DNA of 53,716 nucleotides, filler included, from Circinaria calcarea (Eukaryota): NCBI GenBank assembly GCA_051942165.1. It is 3 parts of 3 records of this genome, joined end to end, with 100 filler letters (N's around TTAATTAATTAA, not from the genome) between each part and the next. Parts side by side here need not be neighbours in the genome. Positions count along the whole stretch, not along the records: positions 35,895 to 53,716 come from JAVECS010000254.1; 2 more parts are not named here. One strand, 5' to 3'. Shown piece by piece: positions 48,650 to 53,716 of this stretch (position 1 is its first letter; each line of letters starts with the position of its first letter). The notes under the pieces were generated by a model. It saw only the letters and a program-made list of their open reading frames with translations, ran no database searches and was not told where the DNA came from. The position numbers and the translations under genes were made by a program.

Positions 48650-50797
48650 ATGGCAACTCTTTCCGGACACAGACTGCCAGGTGGGGTAGGAGATGATATC
48701 AGCGAGGCAGAGCCACTACTTCAGGAGGCAAGTCTATCATTGGGAGAGGGGAATGAGGCTCCATCCGCAGACAACATGGCCTCCTCGCTGCAAGCCTTCT
48801 CGTCCGTCGATGACCCGAGCCTACCCTCTCATGGAGAGGTAATCAAGATTCCGCTGCAGTCCACCACGGACGAGAGCGATACGGATAGTGCGTACCTTCG
48901 GGCGCAGGGACACGAGGCGGCCTTACAAAGGTCTTTCTCTCCCTTGGCCGCCCTGGGCCTTGGGTTTAGGTACTTCCTTCATGCGTGCTTCAGGCACTTC
49001 GGCGCTGATGAGGATCTTTTAGCATTACCAACTCGTGGGTGGGATACCTAAGTAATTTCGGACAGAATCTCTTCTATGGAGGACCGCAGAATGTTGTGTT
49101 TGGGCTCCTCGTTGCTACGGCCGTGCAATGGACAATTACCTTGGGTCTCTCGGAAATCGCTTCGGCCTTTCCGTCCGCTGGGGTAAGTGGGAAAATCTTC
49201 CCAGATAAGATGTGGCATGGACTGAAGTGACTGCTTAGGGTCAATATCATTTCGTCTTCATCCTCGCTCCCCGTCCCAGCAAACGATTCGCGGCTTTCGT
49301 GGTGGGTTGGATGACCTTACTCGGATGGTGGATCATCACTTGCTCGGGGATCTCTCTTTGTGTGGTGTCGGTCTCTGGCATGGTTTCTTTCTGGGTCGAT
49401 GGCTTTCATGCAACGCAGTGGCAGTTGTATCTTATGTACTTGGCAGCTATCCTTATCACCTGTAAGTCCCTCTAATATCCAACCGCGGGACCACATCATG
49501 GCTGATGTTCACCGCAGCTGCACCCTTATTGTTCTTTCCACGGTCGGTGCCCAAAATCACACAGGCAACCCTTTTCTTATCTATCGCTGGCTTTCTGGTC
49601 ATTTTTGGGATGATCTTAGGTCTGAAGAAACACACGCAGCCAGGTTCTTTCATCACGCAACCGGGGCTGGGTACGAGCGGCTGGGCACCTGGTGCAGCAT
49701 GGGTGATGGGCGTCGGAAACGCCATGTAGATATATCATTGAATCCTGAGAGTCCCGGCGCTGACTACTCGACCAGGTACGCGTACGGGGGTACCGACGGT
49801 GCCATTCATATTGCCGAAGAGATCCCAAGGCCAGGACGGAACATACCTCGAGTGATGTAAGCATGCCTAACGCCTGCTTCTGTCCGAAGAGATTCTGACC
49901 CTACAGGAACCTGACCATCTGCATCGGCTTCCTCACCGCCTTCCCCTTGTCGCTTGCACTGATGTTTGGCATAACGGATATCAATGCGGTGCTAAGTTCG
50001 GGGCTACCAAGCGCGGAGGCTTTTCTCCAAATCACCCAGAGCAAATCTATCGTCACATTCATGATGTGCTGGATCATTCTCGTTTACTTCAGTCGGTCTT
50101 CCCCTCTACCTCTTACTCTCGAAGATCCGAGTTGACCGTCGAATAGTGTCTTTGACGAGTCAATGGGTTACTGCAGGCCGTATGACGTGGGCCTTTGCGA
50201 GAGATGTCAGCTTTAATTCCTCTTCGTATATATTCAAGATTGCCACTGACAGCTGATTAGAATGGAATCCCGTTCTCCAAGTTCTTCTCGCACGTTAGTG
50301 TCCGGCAACAAACTCCCGTTCGTGCGACTTTACTGTCCCTCTGCTTCTGTTCGATTTATGGCCTTCTCTATATTGCTAGCACAACGGCATTCAACTCCAT
50401 TGTCACATCGGCAGTTTTGTACCTGGTACGATAGACCTCCACCCCCAACCTTCCCCATTAGATTTTGCTAATGCTTCACGTGTAGAACATCACCTATGCC
50501 GTCCCACAAGGTATTATCGTCACTCGAGGCCGTAAAATTGCTTTGGCAGCACGACCCTTCAATCTTGGGAGACTGGGTTATATCTGCAACGTTCTCAGTC
50601 CCCTTCTCGTCACGGTGATTGGCATCTTCATCTGTTTCCCGCCCGTATTACCCGTGACTGTTGGGAATATGAATTACACACCTGTAATTCTGGTGGGTCT
50701 GTTTGCAATCATCCTGGTTTTTTGGTTCACGATTGGGCGGAAATTTCAGGGGCCCAAGATCGATTGGGAGTTATTGAATCTCACCGCTTGTAAATAG
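48650..50797 (+). CDS. APC-family amino acid/choline permease
   Basis: GHEAALQRSFSPLAALGLGF, SITNSW, EIASAFPSAGGQYHFV, YGGTDGAIHIAEEI, GRMTWAFARD, FNLGRLG, NMNYTPV; multiple short introns. Confidence 0.92.
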
Positions 50798-51190
50798 GTA
50801 GATATACACTGATTTGTTAGACACCGCATATCTTTGATATCGTACTTTTCCCCCATTTTTATCCCTATAGCTCCTCCTCATGAAAACCAAACGAGTCATT
50901 TACGTTCCTAAACATACACGCTCAGAGAATCTGTAGATAGATAAAGCTGGCCTTGGGACCCCCCCACAAGTAAGCAGCGTCTCAATTACCCACAACGCCA
51001 ACTATAATGTTTCAAAAGAGCAACGGCATAACACGAACATATACCAGAAAAGAACCATTCCTCCGGAGTCCGCACCAAATCAGCAGAGCAAAGCCAGCTA
51101 GCTCCCCATCATTACCCATTTCAGTCCTCGTTCCAAAGGCTTCCAATAAGTGCAGCAGCCGGTGCAGCGCAGAGCAGGGTGCTGGAAGTC

Positions 51191-51342
51191 ATAGGGCTTA
51201 CCGAGGCATGTGTTGTATAGGAGGTCCATGCTCAACACTTCCATATATATTATAAAAGCACCTTTTCGCTGTATAGATAGTTTAGTTAGTTACACACTCG
51301 TACGTAGAATAAATGCCACCACACATATTGCATGTTCAACAT
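51191..51342 (+). repeat. Dispersed ~150-bp repeat, copy B, followed by low-complexity sequence
   Basis: Colinear match to 18751-18897; many differences are C/T transitions (e.g. CCAACACACATCATAA vs CCATATATATTATAA). Confidence 0.9.
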
Positions 51343-52466
51343 AGGGGGCTTTTACACTATACTAAACAGTTGCGCCACTGACAGTTGCAACTCATCTCGC
51401 TAAACAGGGGGCCAAAATAGCCCTCGGCTATCGGCTATCGGCCATCGGTCATTCATTAAAGTATACCGGTTTAAAAAGGAGGCAAGGGCAGGGCAGGGCA
51501 GGGTAAAGGTATTTAATCGGCAGTCTTATGGAGAGCCGTGCGTATGGTAGGAGGGGCTGCAAACCTATCAAGTTGCATTAAAAAAAACCCCTTTTCTGCA
51601 ACTGGCGGTATAATAATACAGTATAGTAGTTAGTAAGTACACCCACCATCATCATTTTGCCACTGTACTGTACTGTATTGTACTGTATTGACCCAGTTGC
51701 TAGTTTGGCAGTTTGGCAGTTTACAGTTGCAGGGTATGGTAAGCCCCTGGCTAATAATTAACTGCGCTATGGAGTAAATAATAACTAATAATAATAACAA
51801 CGACGGGGGGGTTTTAACGCGGTGCGTGTGTGTATGTGTGTGTGTGTGTGATTTATAATTGTGTACGGCCCAACTAGTTTGTTACTAGTTGGAGTTGGAA
51901 AGGGGGGGCCGAGGCGCCCTTGGTTTTATTTTTTCATGCCCCCATACCCTTACATATACCCCTCTTGACTGTTTCCCCCCCGTTTGTCCCTAGGACTCTA
52001 TTTTCGATGTTTACTATGATTCTCGATGGCCGTGTTTTCGTTTGCCTGGATTTTTTTCAGAAGTATAGCCGAACCCCTTTGTTATTTTCTTTACGCTATC
52101 AATATTTTCCTTAAAAAAAAAACTGTTTGGAGGGCCTTTTTTCTTCTTTCTTAGGGGGGGACGGAGGGAGGGAGATAACAAGTCCAGCTGGGGGAATTTT
52201 TGTTTTCTTCTTTTTTAATTCCCCCCCCCCCCTCTTTTTTCCCTTCTTTTCCTCTTTTATCTCTCTCTCTCCCAAATCCACGGGACCCGGACCCCTGTTT
52301 TGTTCTCCTTGATTTTTAATGATTTTTCTCTCGGTTGGTTAGTTCTCAGACTCATCAACTTTAGCCCGTGAGCTTAGGGCTTACTTAGGCTTAAGGCTTA
52401 GTCCACACCGACTTCAGCGGAATTTTGGCTCGTATCGGATAGGAAACTGGGATATTTAAAATCTTT

Positions 52467-53716
52467 TTATATAAGTGGCATGATATCCTTTGCATCACTC
52501 GTCCACAACGATACCGCGACAAGCTGTACCTCCCCATTCCTATTCCCGTTCCTATTCCCATCCCCATCCCCATCCCATTCTCCATTCCCATTTCTATGCC
52601 TATTTCCATCCTGTACCTGCTGGGTGACCCCAACTGCCTTCCTCCCCAACCGTAAATAGATATCTGGTAATTCCTTCTGCCCGCCGTCACCCCAATCCTC
52701 CCGTGCTTCTTGCCCCCTTTCTTGCCTTAAACCACCACTGCCGCCACCTGTCCATTCCATTTGCCCGCCTCCCGCTCCCACATTCCGGCACATCTCGCTC
52801 ACCACATCCTCCCCTGCGACTGCACTCGCAATCACCAGACTCGTGGTATCCGAAAAGTCCCACTTGGGCAACCACCTCCAAGCCCTAGTCCGGCACGCCT
52901 CGGTAGCGACAGCCGTTAGCAACACCACGCACGTCGCGAAAATCGCAAACACGTACTTGGCCTCGCCGAGCCGGACAGCCTGCACGGTTAGATGGACGTC
53001 CGCGGTGGAAAAGTCGCCAGCACCTGCGTCCGGGATGAAGAACTGGCTGCTACCGACGAAGAGTAGAAGGTCATCGAGTATCGCGGAGAAGGAGTCTTCT
53101 ATGGCGGCAAAGGTGGCTGCGGAGGAAGAGGGGGTGATGTTGGAGGTGGTGGCGGCAGCGATGTTGAACATGAAGGTGTCGCCCACGATAGACGTGTAGA
53201 GCGAGGTACTGATCATGCCAACGTTGTTGAGCTGGTCGATGACGGTATTGGCGAGGCCGGCGGTCGGGTCGAACGACAGGGAAGGGGAGCCGGCTATCGT
53301 TGTCATTGGTAGAACAGAGATGAGTTTGTTGACGACGTCCACGTCCACATTGAACACCTTCGGCACGAGATTGATCTCGCATTGCGTGCCGTTGAGGATG
53401 AGGTAGTCAGACCCAGCAGTGACGAGGATGACACTCCGGCCCTCGTAGCGCTTGGCGGCTAAGACTGCGATGCTAGCATCCCCGCCCAAGCCAACGACTG
53501 CGAAGAAATCGGATCCCTTCCCTAGAATCTGATTGGGGAATAAGCCAGTCGCGTAGTAGATGTAGGGGATACCGGATTCGGACTGACCGGCTTGCACCAT
53601 CTCTAGGTGGAAGTCGGAGGAGGCGTTATGGAAGCAGGTGACATAGACGAGGTATCCTAGTTCGGTGTAGTTGTAGAAGAGGAGATTGGAGCTGCTGGCG
53701 GCGTTGTAAAGTTTCT
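52467..53716 (-). CDS. Hypothetical membrane protein, 5' end outside window
   Basis: Long GC-rich ORF reaching the window edge; CEINLVPKVFNVDVDV, one clear TM helix (YVFAIFATCVVLLTAVA), WLPKWDFSD and a Gly/Asn/Asp low-complexity tail. Confidence 0.75.
   Translation of the reverse strand, partial: KLYNAASSSNLLFYNYTELGYLVYVTCFHNASSDFHLEMVQAGQSESGIPYIYYATGLFPNQILGKGSDFFAVVGLGGDASIAVLAAKRYEGRSVILVTAGSDYLILNGTQCEINLVPKVFNVDVDVVNKLISVLPMTTIAGSPSLSFDPTAGLANTVIDQLNNVGMISTSLYTSIVGDTFMFNIAAATTSNITPSSSAATFAAIEDSFSAILDDLLLFVGSSQFFIPDAGAGDFSTADVHLTVQAVRLGEAKYVFAIFATCVVLLTAVATEACRTRAWRWLPKWDFSDTTSLVIASAVAGEDVVSEMCRNVGAGGGQMEWTGGGSGGLRQERGQEAREDWGDGGQKELPDIYLRLGRKAVGVTQQVQDGNRHRNGNGEWDGDGDGNRNGNRNGEVQLVAVSLWTSDAKDIMPLI

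Noticed and set aside
27106..50797. RiPP plus NRPS-like hybrid supercluster, with the MFS as RiPP exporter
   Set aside because: The two parts are separated by an artificial N/TTAATTAATTAA linker at 35795-35894, so physical adjacency is not established.
52360..52402. TTAGGG-like hexamers as a telomere remnant
   Set aside because: Only one exact unit within degenerate low-complexity sequence.

Overview
Genomic DNA of a filamentous ascomycete (GT-AG introns with CTRAC branch sites, dispersed 5S rRNA genes). Two artificial 100-nt N/TTAATTAATTAA spacers (17871-17970, 35795-35894) split the window into three blocks whose true adjacency is unproven. Block 1 holds the 3' part of an FAD-dependent oxidoreductase, a gene-poor stretch with four same-strand paralogues of an unrecognised ~80-90 aa gene (each with a 5-nt first coding exon, largely missed by the ORF track), and a trypsin-fold-like ORF. 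Block 2 holds one intact and two broken 5S rRNA copies, an alpha/beta hydrolase, a truncated PTH11-like gene, mannitol-1-phosphate dehydrogenase and a SUR7/PalI gene. It then holds a compact dikaritin-type fungal RiPP cluster: two DUF3328/UstY oxidases, an intronless P450, a Kex2-repeat precursor with a Tyr-free, Trp-terminal core (GKEGTEIGQGW), and an adjacent PTH11-like membrane protein. Block 3 holds an MFS transporter, an NRPS-like (partial C)-A-T-R reductase, an APC amino-acid/choline permease and the 3' part of a membrane protein gene. All calls come from manual reading and motif recognition; no database searches were run.
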